Notes: generated by a model from the letters alone, not told the origin. A stretch of 39,701 nt of DNA from Elusimicrobiota bacterium (GCA_043827405.1 JBDRPD010000084.1:1-39701), one strand, 5' to 3'; numbered from the stretch's first letter, positions 9,290 to 20,219 are shown. Numbers and translations are program-made.

Positions 9290-11551
9290 TTAGATAGTCT
9301 TGCTTGGTTCAGGCTGAGGGGAACGCATCGCGTCGAGTACCGCATTGAAAGCGGCGCTCGGCCGCAGGGCTTTCTCTGCCTTGGCGTCATCGGGCAGATA
9401 GTAGCCGCCGATATCCACCGGCCGGCCCTGGGCGGCGATAAGATCTTCGCAGATCTTGGACTCATTGGCCGCGAGCTCTTTGGCGACCTCGTGAAAGCGC
9501 GCCTGAATGGCCGTGTCCTTGGTTTGCGCGGCCAGAGCCTCGGCCCAGTAAAGCGCAAGGTAGAAGGCGCTGCCGCGGTTATCGAGCTCATTGACCTTGC
9601 GCGACGGCAGCCTGCCGTTTTCCAGATATTTACCAATGGCTTGGTCGAGGGTCTCGGCATAGACCGCGACCTTTTCATTTCGGGTGCTCTTGGCGATCAT
9701 CTCAAGGGATGGGACCAAAGCGCAATACTCGCCGAGGGAATCCCAGCGCAGATGGCCTTCCTTGAGGAACTGCTGGACATGCTTGGGCGCGGAGCCGCCG
9801 GCGCCGGTCTCGAAGAGTCCGCCGCCGTTCATGAGGGGCACGATGGACAGCATGCGGGCGCTGGTGCCGAGCTCAAGGATCGGGAAGAGATCGGTCAGAT
9901 AATCCCTGAGAACATTGCCGGTGACGGCGATGGTGTCCTCGCCCTTGCGGATTCTCTCAAGCGAGAACTTCATGGCTTCGACAGGCTTCATGATCCGGAT
10001 ATCGAGGCCGGAGGTGTCATGGTCCGGCAGGTACTTTTTGACCTTGGCGATGATCTCCTTGTCGTGTCCGCGGCGCTCATCGAGCCAGAATAAAGCCGGC
10101 ACGCCGGAGGCCTTCGCTCTCGTCACGGCGAGCTTCACCCAGTCCCGTATCGGCGCGTCTTTGACCTGGCACATCCTGAAGATGTCGCCCGCTTCGACGG
10201 CCTGCTCGAGCAGCGTCCCGCCTGAGTCGTCGACGATGCGGATCACGCCTTTGCCGGGGGCCTCGAAAGTCTTGTCGTGTGAGCCGTATTCTTCCGCTTT
10301 CTGCGCCATCAGGCCGACGTTGGAGACGCTCCCCATTGTCGATGGATCAAACTGCCCGTTGCGTTTGGCGTCCTCAAGTATCTCCGCATATATGGTCGCA
10401 TAGGAGCGGTCCGGGACCATGGCGATGCAGTCCTGCAGCTGGTCCTCATTGTTCCACATCCTGCCGCCGTCGCGCACGACATTGGGCATGGAAGCGTCAA
10501 CGATGATGTTATTGGGGACATGCAGGTTGGTGATGCCTTTGCGCGAGTCGACCATGGCGAGCGCGGGACGGGTCTTGTAGGTCGCTTCGATATCCGCCTC
10601 GATCTCGGCCTTCTTGTCGGCGGGCAGCCGGCTCAGTTTCTCCAGAACATCGCTGAGACCGTTGTTGACATTGGCTCCGATCTCCTTGAGCACGCCGGCA
10701 TGTTTATCGAGAGCATCCTTGTAGTAGACGGAAACACAGTGGCCGAACATGATGGGATCGGAAATCTTCATCATGGTCGCCTTGAGGTGCAGCGACAGCA
10801 AAACGCCGTCTTTCTTCGCCTCGTCGATCTGCTCGGCATAAAACTGGCGCAGCTTCGCCACCTGCATCACGGCGGCGTCGATCACCTCGCCCGCGATAAG
10901 ACTGACCCTTTCCTTAAGCACCGTTGGCGCGCCGTCATCCCCGGCATACTCGATCCTCACGTCGCCGGGCTTGCTCATGGTCATGGATCTTTCGGTGGCG
11001 AAGAAGTCCCCGTCGCTCATGTAAGTCACCCGCGCCTTCGACCCGCTCTTGGGCCAAGGCCGCATCATCTTGTGCGGATTCTTCTGGGCGAACTTCTTCA
11101 CCGAAGCCGCCGCCCGGCGGTCGGAGTTTCCTTCACGCAGCACCGGGTTGACGGCTGAGCCGAGCACTTTGGCGAATCTCTTTTGCAGCGTCTTCTCGGC
11201 GTCGTTTTTCGGCTCTTCCGGATAGTCGGGGATGGCGTAGCCTTTCCCCTGCAGTTCCTTGATCGCGGCCTGCAGCTGGGGGATGGATGCGCTGATGTTC
11301 GGCAGCTTGATGATATTAGCTTCGGGCTTCTTGGCAAGCTCGCCGAGCTGCGTCAGAAAGTCGGGGATCTTTTGCTCGGGCTTGAGCTTATCAGGGAAAT
11401 TCGCGATGATCCTGCCGGCCAGAGAAATATCCCTGGTATCCACATCGACACCGGAGCCTTGCAGATAAGCCTGCAGAATGGGGAGCAGAGAGTATGTCGC
11501 CAGCGCGGGCGCTTCATCAACTTTGGTCCAGAGGATCTTAGATGTAGTCAT
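9290..11551 (-). CDS. icd: Monomeric NADP-dependent isocitrate dehydrogenase
   Basis: 753 aa; [40 protein letters not shown] and [12 protein letters not shown] motifs. Confidence 0.97.
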   Translation of the reverse strand: MTTSKILWTKVDEAPALATYSLLPILQAYLQGSGVDVDTRDISLAGRIIANFPDKLKPEQKIPDFLTQLGELAKKPEANIIKLPNISASIPQLQAAIKELQGKGYAIPDYPEEPKNDAEKTLQKRFAKVLGSAVNPVLREGNSDRRAAASVKKFAQKNPHKMMRPWPKSGSKARVTYMSDGDFFATERSMTMSKPGDVRIEYAGDDGAPTVLKERVSLIAGEVIDAAVMQVAKLRQFYAEQIDEAKKDGVLLSLHLKATMMKISDPIMFGHCVSVYYKDALDKHAGVLKEIGANVNNGLSDVLEKLSRLPADKKAEIEADIEATYKTRPALAMVDSRKGITNLHVPNNIIVDASMPNVVRDGGRMWNNEDQLQDCIAMVPDRSYATIYAEILEDAKRNGQFDPSTMGSVSNVGLMAQKAEEYGSHDKTFEAPGKGVIRIVDDSGGTLLEQAVEAGDIFRMCQVKDAPIRDWVKLAVTRAKASGVPALFWLDERRGHDKEIIAKVKKYLPDHDTSGLDIRIMKPVEAMKFSLERIRKGEDTIAVTGNVLRDYLTDLFPILELGTSARMLSIVPLMNGGGLFETGAGGSAPKHVQQFLKEGHLRWDSLGEYCALVPSLEMIAKSTRNEKVAVYAETLDQAIGKYLENGRLPSRKVNELDNRGSAFYLALYWAEALAAQTKDTAIQARFHEVAKELAANESKICEDLIAAQGRPVDIGGYYLPDDAKAEKALRPSAAFNAVLDAMRSPQPEPSKTI

Positions 11552-11742
11552 AGCTTGGCCTCGATTTTAATGGATATCCCGGATACTTTAGAAAATGACA
11601 GGCAGCTGCGACTACTCTCTCTCATTTCGCGGCCTCTCACCGCACCCGAAATTACCCATGGAACTGAAACGCCTCTCCGATCGTAATAAATGGCAGAGGA
11701 CATTTGAACTGTTGCCGGCAACAGTTCGGGAGGGTGAGCGTC

Positions 11743-12696
11743 ATGGACTGTTCCACTATGAACGATGTCCGTTTGACCGAAAAACTTGAGAAGTCTGTTT
11801 CTCGGGAAACCAGGGATACCGCAGAAGTCGTCGCGCTGCTGGCCGAATTCGATAATCGAGAACTCTATGCCGATCGAGGGTATCCATCGCTGTTCGCATA
11901 TTGTACGGAAAAGCTCGGATACTCCGAGGGCGGAGCGTACAGGAGGATCCGCGCCGCCCGGTCCTCACGGCGGTTCCCGGAGATTTTCGAACTGCTTGTG
12001 AGGGGAGAGCTGCATCTGGAGGCCGTCGCGCTTCTAACGCCGTTTCTCAATGCGCAAAATGCGGAAAGCCTCCTTGCCGCCGCCCGCGGGAAATCTAAAC
12101 GCGATCTGCAGTGTCTGCTTGCCGAGCTGTTCCCGCGCGCGGATGTCGCTGACTGCGTGCGCAAAGTCCCCATCGAACCCGCGCAAAAAATTGAGCCGCT
12201 GTCGACGGAAAGGGTCCTATGCCGTTTTACGGGCAGCGAACAGTTGCGCCGGGACATCGAGCGCGCGCGCGAGCTCTTGCGGCATAAATATCCGGAGGGA
12301 CGCCTGGAAGACATCTTCAGCGAAGCTTTGGAATGCCTGCTCGACAAGAAAGATCCCGAACGGAAAGTTCATGCAAGAAGAAATGGCGGCACACGGCCGC
12401 GCGACCCGCGGCCTTCAGGAACCAAGCCGGAAGGCAGCATCCTATGCCGCCGCTATATACCGCGCTGGGTGCGGGACACTGTCTGGCGCCGCGATAAGGG
12501 CAAGTGCCGGTTCGAAAGCGCGGAGGGGAAGGTCTGCGGCGAGCGCGGCGGCCTGGAATTCGACCATATCGTCCCATGGGCTATGGGAGGGCCTTCCAAT
12601 GATCCCCGCAATATCCGCCTCCTGTGCCGCGCGCACAATAAGCTGCAAAGCCGCCGGTATTTCGGCAGCCGCACGGCGCGGCATAGCGGGCCCTAG
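11743..12696 (+). CDS. HNH endonuclease with DUF222-like N-terminal helical domain
   Basis: N-terminal LAEFDNRELYADRGYPSLFAYC...LGYSEGGAYRRI; C-terminal RDKGKC...LEFDHIVPWAMGG...NIRLLCRAHN HNH motif. Start uncertain (11704, 11743 or 11758). Confidence 0.85.
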   Translation: MDCSTMNDVRLTEKLEKSVSRETRDTAEVVALLAEFDNRELYADRGYPSLFAYCTEKLGYSEGGAYRRIRAARSSRRFPEIFELLVRGELHLEAVALLTPFLNAQNAESLLAAARGKSKRDLQCLLAELFPRADVADCVRKVPIEPAQKIEPLSTERVLCRFTGSEQLRRDIERARELLRHKYPEGRLEDIFSEALECLLDKKDPERKVHARRNGGTRPRDPRPSGTKPEGSILCRRYIPRWVRDTVWRRDKGKCRFESAEGKVCGERGGLEFDHIVPWAMGGPSNDPRNIRLLCRAHNKLQSRRYFGSRTARHSGP

Positions 12697-13571
12697 CCTA
12701 CGTCCGGCAGCAGGTAGGTGCTCGGATCGATCATCAGACAGTCCGCGTCGTGCGCCCCATGATAAAGCGCCGGGATGCAGCGACGGCTGGTAAAATCAAG
12801 CGCGGAGTAGTCGAGGCGCCGCGTCGGATAGAAGCGGAAGATGCGGGGCCGGGGCTTGAGCCTCTGCAGGGGCATTAGACCCGTCGTGATAGCCTCCTGC
12901 AGTCCCTCCCGAGCGCACTGCAGCTTGCGTGAGAATAAGCCTAATGAAGGTTTTCGTCCCACTTCATCCGGCCGCGCCATCTGCAGCACCAGGATGTCCC
13001 GGCAGTCTCTCAGCGCGCTGAAATTAAAGCCGTCTTCACCCTTCACCCCGCCGTCGATATAGGTCCGCAGGCACCGTTGATCGCGGATTTGCACCGGGGG
13101 AAATACCCGCGGGATGGAGCAACTCGCGACCAGACGCGCCGTCATCGGACCATCCCACCCCTCATAGCCGCCCGGGCTGAAGCGCGAATAGCGGTGTTTG
13201 CGTGTTTCCACGCAGTAACTCATGGTCGTTAAGTTGCAGCGCGCCTTGCGCTGCGCCTCCTCTTCGCTGCCGACATGACGCATGAAGTCCCAAATGGCGC
13301 CGCTGCTGTAGACGGAAAAAGGGAACAGCCGCGGCCGCAGCCTCAGGACTTTGTGTCCGCTGACGTTCTTCCATATCGCGATCAGCTTTTCCATCCGGTT
13401 CAGGCAGTAGGCCGTGCCGGTCAACGCGCCGATACTAAAGCAGAGCACATGATCGAACTTGAGGCCGTACTGATTATGCAGCCGCTCAACGACGGCCGCC
13501 TGCCAGGCGCCGTGCGCACCGCCGCCGGCGAGAACCAGGCCAAAAGGCTTGCGGAACAGCCTTGAGGTCAT
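12693..13571 (-). CDS. Patatin-like phospholipase
   Basis: LAGGGAHGAWQ oxyanion loop, CFSIG nucleophile elbow, ASCSIP and DGG motifs. Confidence 0.85.
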   Translation of the reverse strand: MTSRLFRKPFGLVLAGGGAHGAWQAAVVERLHNQYGLKFDHVLCFSIGALTGTAYCLNRMEKLIAIWKNVSGHKVLRLRPRLFPFSVYSSGAIWDFMRHVGSEEEAQRKARCNLTTMSYCVETRKHRYSRFSPGGYEGWDGPMTARLVASCSIPRVFPPVQIRDQRCLRTYIDGGVKGEDGFNFSALRDCRDILVLQMARPDEVGRKPSLGLFSRKLQCAREGLQEAITTGLMPLQRLKPRPRIFRFYPTRRLDYSALDFTSRRCIPALYHGAHDADCLMIDPSTYLLPDVG

Positions 13572-14722
13572 CCGGCCAGCTCCTGGTAGAGGTCCTGCTG
13601 CCGCCGGACCATCTCGTCGATATCGAACTCGGAGCCGATGGAGTCCGCCGCCGCCTTTCCCAGGCGTACGCGCAGATCTCTACTGCCCAACAGCTCGGAT
13701 ACCCGGTCCGCCGCGCGCTTCCAATCCTCGGGCGCGACGGCATAACCGTTCTCGCCGTCACGCAGGACATCGCGGACCCCGTCGACTGCGTAGGCGACGC
13801 AGGGCAGCCCGCTCTTCATCGCCTCCACCAGGGCACGCGGCAGCCCCTCCCACAACGAAGTCAGCAGGAAAACATCCGCCGCTGCCAGGATTTCCTTCAC
13901 GTCGTCGCGCCAGCCCAGTAAAACGACCCGGCCGCGCAAGCCGCGGCTCTCGATTTCTGCCGCGAACTCCCGCCGCAGCGGCCCGTCTCCGACAAATACA
14001 AAACACGCGCCGGAAGCTCCGCGGCACACCTCCTGCGCGACTTTCAGGAAATCTCCGCAGTTCTTTTGCGGCTTCATATTGCCGACGCTGACGACGAGCG
14101 GCGTCCCGCGCTGCGCTCCGATGGATTGCCGTTTCTCCTCCGCGTCGCTCAACGGCGCGGGAAGATCGGCCAGCCGAACGCCGCTGCGTATCAGCCGGTA
14201 TTTGTCCGCATCGCCGATGCCGCACTCGCGCGCATAGTCCATATTGGCGCGGGACACGAAGATAAGACGGGTACTGCAGGCGGCGACCGCCCGCTCGGCC
14301 ATGATAAAAAACGCGCGCAGCAGCGCCGGCATCCGTTCATGGAAGCCGAAACCGTGGAAAGTATGCAGAATCACCGGCACCCCGGCGAGCCGTGCGGCTA
14401 AACGGCCGACCACTCCCGCCTTGGATGAGTGCGTGTGCACGATCGCGGGCCGGATTTCGCGCAGCAGGCGGTAAATCTTCAGCAGGGCGATGAGATCACG
14501 CAGCGGTGATACTTCACGCACCAGGTCATCAATGAAGCGGATGGGCACGGGCATCTCGCGCCGCGCGAGCGCTGCGGTACGCTGATCGAGACGCCCCCCG
14601 CGGCCGCAGACCAGATATGCCGCAAAACGGTTGGGATCCAGCGCGCTGACCGTATGCAGCGTATTTTGCTGCGCGCCTCCGTAATCGAGGCGGGTGATAA
14701 CGTGCACGACCTTTATGCGCAT
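13568..14722 (-). CDS. Glycosyltransferase family 4
   Basis: HVITRLDYGGAQ, HTHSSKAG and EGLPRALVEAM motifs. Confidence 0.92.
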   Translation of the reverse strand: MRIKVVHVITRLDYGGAQQNTLHTVSALDPNRFAAYLVCGRGGRLDQRTAALARREMPVPIRFIDDLVREVSPLRDLIALLKIYRLLREIRPAIVHTHSSKAGVVGRLAARLAGVPVILHTFHGFGFHERMPALLRAFFIMAERAVAACSTRLIFVSRANMDYARECGIGDADKYRLIRSGVRLADLPAPLSDAEEKRQSIGAQRGTPLVVSVGNMKPQKNCGDFLKVAQEVCRGASGACFVFVGDGPLRREFAAEIESRGLRGRVVLLGWRDDVKEILAAADVFLLTSLWEGLPRALVEAMKSGLPCVAYAVDGVRDVLRDGENGYAVAPEDWKRAADRVSELLGSRDLRVRLGKAAADSIGSEFDIDEMVRRQQDLYQELAG

Positions 14723-14747
14723 GCCGGCATTCTATAAATTAGCCGAT

Positions 14748-17006
14748 TTATTGGGAAGGCGGGCGACGCCGGCGCTTGCGGGGCGGACGACTTTTGCTAC
14801 CGCCGGCGGCAGGCTCCGCCTTAACGGCCGCGGTGGACTTGGCTTCTTTCATGGGCGAGGGGCCGCTGCGCATGCTCGTCCTGGGGCGGCGCCGCTTGAC
14901 GCGCTTGCGTACCTGAACGGGCGTTTTCTTCGGCAGCGCAAGCAGGGACTGCGGCACGCCCCTGAATTCGACCCCCGGGAAGTAATGGCGGATAATCTGC
15001 GGGAACTGGATACCCGCATGTGCTTGTCCCAGGGTTCCCGCGATGCAGAGGCCGCGCCCGTGCCCGGTGCCCGCTCCCCATATCACAAGCCGAGACAGCT
15101 CCCGGCCGTGATAGATCGGCTGCAGCGTAAACAGCGTCGAACGCAATGATCCGGGCGATAGGAAATCCTGGATTTCATCCGCGCCTTCAATCTCCATTTC
15201 CCCCCGCCCGCCGCGGATCCGCAACGACAGTACGCGTCCCGTTCGGTCGCGGCGGGTGACGGCGATATGATGGATGGGACCGATATGCCGCACTCTCTCG
15301 ATGTTGGTGCGCAGTTCCTCCGCGTCCAGAACACGCACCCAGCGATTCCAAATCTGCGGCACGTCCGCGGACAGCTCGCTGAACTGCTCCGGGGCCGGAT
15401 AATCGTGCAGCAGCTGTTCCAGATCGAACGGGTGACGAAGGACGTGCGGCGGGTCAGGGCGGTCCTGAATGCCGTCCGCCGTCTGCCATCCGCAGGCGAG
15501 GTGATGCTCGAAGAGCTTCCCCTGCGGCAAAGACACCGTCATCCCCCGGGTCTCGCGAACCGCCTGCGTGGCGCGCTCCCGCTCCCGCGTCAGCCCCTTA
15601 TAAGGCAAACAGAAGTCCGAATCGCAGGTATGGCTGCGCTCGGGGTTGGGCGCGGCGGTGCGCATTATCTCGAGGGTCCTGCTGCGCAGCAGCAGCGAAA
15701 CGACCTTGTAGGCCTCCATCGGGATGCGCTTAATCTTGCGCATCTCATCGCGCGGAAGAGACTGGCCGATCGCGGAAAAAAGGTATTGGTCCACGGGAAG
15801 TTCGTTAACAAGATGAAATCCGAAAGGCGTCGGTAAAATCTCCAGTGAGCCGCGTAGCTCCCGGTCGCTGATATCCATCCCCCGGATATCCGTAAGCTGC
15901 GCATTCTTGATCAGGACCGTATGTCCCGGCACAACCGCGACCAGACGAAACGGCTGCTTCGTAACATAAACGATTTGACCGGCGGTATCGCGGATCTCGA
16001 TAACGCGATTATCGGGACGGTAGACGATCTCCCATTGCGTAAAGTTCGTCGCGGTCTGCACCTCCTCTTTCAGGTTCATGTCTTCGAGGATGGTCCGGCT
16101 GCTGCCCATCACGTAAAACTTCGTCAAATGGCGCGGGCGTCCGTCCGGACCCGAGAACATCGCTACGCGGATCGGCGGGGAGGCCCCGTCCTGCGCCGCC
16201 GCAGCGTCAGGACTGCGCATCATCGGCCGGGCCAGGCGGACCACCGGCAGCGAGTCGGAGGGATTGCCGGGGATATAGCGCTCCATCTTCTCCAGGTGCT
16301 TAAGCGCGTACGAATCCTCCGGCGACATATCCAAAGCGAACTTAAAAGCCTGCCATGCCGCCTGCGCCTGATTAGTCTTCTCGTAGACTTTCCCCAGCTG
16401 ACGGGCCACCTCGACCTGCATGGGATCCCGGCTTAGCGAGGATACGAGGTATGGAGCAGCTTTCGCGTGGTCGCGCTGCTGGATCTTGATCCGCCCCAGT
16501 TCTGCTTCTGCGGCGGCGCGCAGATAGGGATTGCCCCGCGCGAGCGCCTGGCGCAGAGAGTCGCTCGCCGCATTCAGGTTGCCGTCGATAGAATCCGTGA
16601 GTCCCAAACCGAACAAGGCTTCGGAACCATAAATACTGGCCGTGGAGTGCACGACGGCTCTCTTGAAGGAATCGCGAGCTTCACGAAAGCGGGAAAGCGC
16701 TAAATAGTTCCATCCCCGCGCGTTCCACAAAAAGGGATCGTTTTCGCGCAGAAGCGTGGCGCGAAACCACTGCGCCGCCGCCATCTGCGGTTCGCCCGCG
16801 GCGCGGTGGACCAGCGCCAGGTCGGCATTGGGCAGAGGATCCTGTACTCCCAAAGTAACCACATACTCATATTCCGCGGCCGCTTTCTGATAGTCGCCGG
16901 CCAGATAATGGTCATAAGCGGAACGATAGGTATCGGCGACCTCTCCCGCCCAGGCCGCCGGAACCGCAGCGCTCACGATGAGCAGGTATAGCGCGCCCGC
17001 GATCAT
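14748..17006 (-). CDS. Exported TPR + SpoIID/LytB-domain protein
   Basis: Signal peptide ending AWA, TPR-like helical repeats, then LVNELPVDQYL, CDSDFC, LRSTLF and GTGHGRGLC...ILRHYFPG-like SpoIID motifs; basic tail. Confidence 0.85.
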   Translation of the reverse strand: MIAGALYLLIVSAAVPAAWAGEVADTYRSAYDHYLAGDYQKAAAEYEYVVTLGVQDPLPNADLALVHRAAGEPQMAAAQWFRATLLRENDPFLWNARGWNYLALSRFREARDSFKRAVVHSTASIYGSEALFGLGLTDSIDGNLNAASDSLRQALARGNPYLRAAAEAELGRIKIQQRDHAKAAPYLVSSLSRDPMQVEVARQLGKVYEKTNQAQAAWQAFKFALDMSPEDSYALKHLEKMERYIPGNPSDSLPVVRLARPMMRSPDAAAAQDGASPPIRVAMFSGPDGRPRHLTKFYVMGSSRTILEDMNLKEEVQTATNFTQWEIVYRPDNRVIEIRDTAGQIVYVTKQPFRLVAVVPGHTVLIKNAQLTDIRGMDISDRELRGSLEILPTPFGFHLVNELPVDQYLFSAIGQSLPRDEMRKIKRIPMEAYKVVSLLLRSRTLEIMRTAAPNPERSHTCDSDFCLPYKGLTRERERATQAVRETRGMTVSLPQGKLFEHHLACGWQTADGIQDRPDPPHVLRHPFDLEQLLHDYPAPEQFSELSADVPQIWNRWVRVLDAEELRTNIERVRHIGPIHHIAVTRRDRTGRVLSLRIRGGRGEMEIEGADEIQDFLSPGSLRSTLFTLQPIYHGRELSRLVIWGAGTGHGRGLCIAGTLGQAHAGIQFPQIIRHYFPGVEFRGVPQSLLALPKKTPVQVRKRVKRRRPRTSMRSGPSPMKEAKSTAAVKAEPAAGGSKSRPPRKRRRRPPSQ

Positions 17007-17530
17007 TATTGTGCCGACTCCCCCTGGTCTCTGTTTGAGCTCGGACGCCGCTGCTTCTTGCCGCCCCGCCGGCGCTTGCTCCGCGGCTGCACTTTCTTGG
17101 CCCTGCCTTTGACGTCCGGCGTCATCCCCTCGTTGTGGTCGTACGCGCCGGCTGGAAGGACCTTTTCATGGTCCCGGGGTATGCGTACCACAATAGTGTT
17201 CAGGTGGATCTTCGCGAAATAGAGCTTGCCCTCCCGCAGCAGCCGCGCGACCCGGGGCATCTTCCGCTTGAGCCACTCTACGTCCTTGCCCTCGCTCTCC
17301 GCTTTGACGAGCAAGCGCTGAACGCGCTGATACTCCCGCGCCACTTCGTTATAGCGGCGCAGCTCGATATCCTTCTTCAGCGCCCCGGACAGGTCCGACT
17401 CCGTATTGATCGGGGGATAACGCCACTCTTCATACTTGCGCACAAGCAGCGGCCGGTTCTGGACGACGACCCAGACTGCGCCGGCCGCCCCTAATACAAC
17501 GGCGGCGATAATAGCGACAAACCTCGTCAT
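17006..17530 (-). CDS. Hypothetical membrane-anchored protein
   Basis: N-terminal hydrophobic helix and basic C-terminus; stop abuts the start of the SpoIID gene. Confidence 0.7.
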   Translation of the reverse strand: MTRFVAIIAAVVLGAAGAVWVVVQNRPLLVRKYEEWRYPPINTESDLSGALKKDIELRRYNEVAREYQRVQRLLVKAESEGKDVEWLKRKMPRVARLLREGKLYFAKIHLNTIVVRIPRDHEKVLPAGAYDHNEGMTPDVKGRAKKVQPRSKRRRGGKKQRRPSSNRDQGESAQ

Positions 17531-17575
17531 CTCGTCAAGCTACCGCATTTCAGGAATGCGGTCAAGTGCCCGTAC

Positions 17576-19978
17576 TCAGGGCTTGGGGATGCCGGGAAGG
17601 AGGAGCTCATCCAGCGTCAGTTCCTCGCGGGATTTCGTCGGCGCAGAATGGCTGCGGGACCGGCGCTTCCCGGTTGTTTTCTTCGGCTCGGGCGCTTCGT
17701 CCGCCGCCTCAGCAGGCGGCAGCTGCGTCTCATCGGCCTCCATGTAGGAGTCGCTCGGTTCCGGCGCCTTGCGCTCAGCGCGCGACGGCGGGGCCAACGG
17801 CTGCGGTTCAGAGTCCTCGTCAAGCAGCGAACTTAGGGGATCCGCGAGCAGGCCGGAATCCTGCACCTGACGGGGGCGCTGGCGCGGCCTGGGCTTGCGG
17901 CGCCGGGAAGTCCTTGAACTTGCGGCCTTGACCGCCGGCTTGGCCGCCTGCTTCGCGGGCACCTCGCCGTCAAGCACCGCCTGGCTTTTCGCGTTCAGCG
18001 CACTGAGCGTTCCGGTCTTCATCCGCGCCTCGAACTGATATGTAGGCACGCGGCTGCGGAAGCCGTTCTTCGATTCATAGAAATTGACTTTATACCGATC
18101 GCCGCCCAAAGTGTCGACCGTCCATGGCTCGACGCCCGGCTGCGGGTGGGTTTCCAAAACCATCTGCAGCGTCTTCCCGGTTCGACCGCTCGCATAGCCC
18201 TTGGCGAGCTCGATAGCGGCCTGGCTCTGATCAGGCATGCCCACCTGCGGATCGACGCCGTCGGCATCCGGCGACGCCGCAGCGGAATGGCCGTCCTTCG
18301 GCAAATCCGCCGACGGCCCCGTCTTCTTCTTGATCACCGGAGCGCTGTCGGCGGCGTCTTTGGCCCCGATCTTGCCGCCGGTAAGCGCGGCGATATCGAT
18401 AAAGCCCATATAGACCGCAGCCGCGACGGCGCCCGCCGCGATAATCAGCAGCAGCAGCACGAGGACGAGCTTGCCTTTCTTTTTGGGCGCCGCGGCCTGC
18501 GCGACGGCATCGGTGGAAAGCTCAACCAACCCTTCCGCGCTCGCCGCGTCCGCCGCCACCCCCGCCATATCGGCGGAAGCGCCCGGAGTCGCGTACATAT
18601 CGATCATGCCGTCAGCGGCGGGCGCCGGTGCTCCGGGAAAGGGCGTCGCACCCGGCGTCATAAACGGTTCCGGTCCAGCGCCGGGGCCGGCGGTGTCTCC
18701 CATCATCGTATTCGGAATCTCACCCGCGGGAGCGAAGCCGCCGGGCGCTCCGAACTCCTGCAGTGCCGGCGTCGGCTCACCGCCGATGGCCATGGGATCG
18801 AAGGCCATCGGTGCGGGCTGCTCGCCGAAGGCCGGGACCGCGCCGCCGGGAGCCGGCGGCGTGTTTTCAAACGGCGAAACCAATCCCGGCGGGACAGCCT
18901 CCGCATCCCCGGCAGAAAGATCCAAAGCCGGTATGCCGGCGGCCGGCGCCATGGGATCCGCCAACGCCTCGAGCGCGGACGGTCCTGCAAATGAAGGCGC
19001 GTCTAAAGCGGGAACAGCGTCGCCCCCGACAGCGGTCGGATCGGGAAAGGACTCCAACGCGGGCGCCGCGACGTCGCCAAAGGGTTCGGGAGCGTCTCCG
19101 ATTTCCGGCAGCGGCTCCAATCCGGGAGGCGCATCGGCAGCCGGAACGGCGTCGCCTTCCAAGACGGGAAAAGGATCCGGCTCGGGGGCGGGAGCTTCGA
19201 GATCGCCCCCCGGCTCGCCCAAGGCCGGCTCACCCAGCACGCCTTCCTCAATAGGTCCGGCCTCCAGCTCGCCGATCGGTCCGGCCTCCAGCTCGCCCGG
19301 CGGCGGTTGTGCGCCGTCGGCGAAAGGCTCCGGGGAGTCGACGGGAACGCCGAGAGCCGAGGAGAGCTCCGGCGAGGCCGCGGCGACGACCGCCGCCTGC
19401 TTCGCTTCGCTGCGCACCTGATCGATCTCGCCGCGAAAGGATTCAATTTGACTGCGCAAATCGTCAATGGTCTTGGCCTGTTCGCTGGTATCCGTACGCG
19501 CCTGATTGAGATCTTCCTTAAGCGACTGCGCATCCTTAAGCTGCGACTCGAGCTCACCGACCTTGCCCTCCAGGCTCTCAGCATCCTGCTTCTTCAAATC
19601 CAGATCGGCCTTCAAGGCGGAAACCTCATCATCCCGCGTGCGCAAATCCTCCTGGAACTGGTTGAGAGCGTTTTCCAGGAGATTAACCTTCTCTTGCAGC
19701 GTTCCCAGTACGGCCAGGTCGCGCAGCGTCGGCTCGGGAGGCAGCAGGCTGCCGCCCATCTCACCTCCCGGAACCGCGCCGGCAGGAATGCGCGCCTTCT
19801 TAAGCAGCGTCTCCGCGAGCTCGGAGATTACACCGGCCCGCTGCCAGTCGCCCATGGATGTCCCGCGACGGCCTTCCGGACATACCAAAGATTCCGGCGA
19901 GAAGCTATCGATCTCCAGCATAGCTTCCCGGTCGTATGGACCTTCCACCTGGTTGTCATGAAAAAGCCAGTATTTCAT
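17576..19978 (-). CDS. Hypothetical bitopic protein: GYF_2-like N-terminus, coiled coil, Pro/Ala/acidic linker, TM helix, C-terminal domain
   Basis: Start MKYWLFHDNQVEGPY at 19978; heptad-rich segment; long low-complexity region; KKKGKLVLVLLLLIIAAG TM segment. Confidence 0.75.
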   Translation of the reverse strand: MKYWLFHDNQVEGPYDREAMLEIDSFSPESLVCPEGRRGTSMGDWQRAGVISELAETLLKKARIPAGAVPGGEMGGSLLPPEPTLRDLAVLGTLQEKVNLLENALNQFQEDLRTRDDEVSALKADLDLKKQDAESLEGKVGELESQLKDAQSLKEDLNQARTDTSEQAKTIDDLRSQIESFRGEIDQVRSEAKQAAVVAAASPELSSALGVPVDSPEPFADGAQPPPGELEAGPIGELEAGPIEEGVLGEPALGEPGGDLEAPAPEPDPFPVLEGDAVPAADAPPGLEPLPEIGDAPEPFGDVAAPALESFPDPTAVGGDAVPALDAPSFAGPSALEALADPMAPAAGIPALDLSAGDAEAVPPGLVSPFENTPPAPGGAVPAFGEQPAPMAFDPMAIGGEPTPALQEFGAPGGFAPAGEIPNTMMGDTAGPGAGPEPFMTPGATPFPGAPAPAADGMIDMYATPGASADMAGVAADAASAEGLVELSTDAVAQAAAPKKKGKLVLVLLLLIIAAGAVAAAVYMGFIDIAALTGGKIGAKDAADSAPVIKKKTGPSADLPKDGHSAAASPDADGVDPQVGMPDQSQAAIELAKGYASGRTGKTLQMVLETHPQPGVEPWTVDTLGGDRYKVNFYESKNGFRSRVPTYQFEARMKTGTLSALNAKSQAVLDGEVPAKQAAKPAVKAASSRTSRRRKPRPRQRPRQVQDSGLLADPLSSLLDEDSEPQPLAPPSRAERKAPEPSDSYMEADETQLPPAEAADEAPEPKKTTGKRRSRSHSAPTKSREELTLDELLLPGIPKP
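19251..19298. repeat. 24-bp tandem duplication encoding GELEAGPI twice
   Basis: ATAGGTCCGGCCTCCAGCTCGCCG followed by ATCGGTCCGGCCTCCAGCTCGCCC. Confidence 0.85.
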
Positions 19979-20147
19979 CGTCGAAGCGCGGCGCTCCCTC
20001 GCCCCGGCCGGCGGGGCGCATTTCGGCCACTCGATGGAATTATAACAGCAGCACCTAGCGTTTTCAATGACGTGCATGTTACAGGAACGCGAAGGAAATA
20101 CGAAGGAAATTTGCTACCATGCACGACAGTTGCGGCGTTCACTTCCC

Positions 20148-20219
20148 GGGCCATTAGCTCAATGGTAGAGCAGACGCCTCTTAAGCGTAAGGTTACAGGT
20201 TCGAATCCCGTATGGCCCA
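20148..20219 (+). tRNA. tRNA-Lys(CTT)
   Basis: GGGCCAT/ATGGCCC acceptor stem, D-arm GCTC/GAGC, anticodon loop CT-CTT-AA, GGTTCGAATCC T-loop; CCA not encoded. Confidence 0.93.

Noticed and set aside
19251..19298. Repeat considered as a possible CRISPR or mobile repeat
   Set aside because: Only two adjacent in-frame copies without spacers. No CRISPR array or cas gene was seen anywhere in the window.
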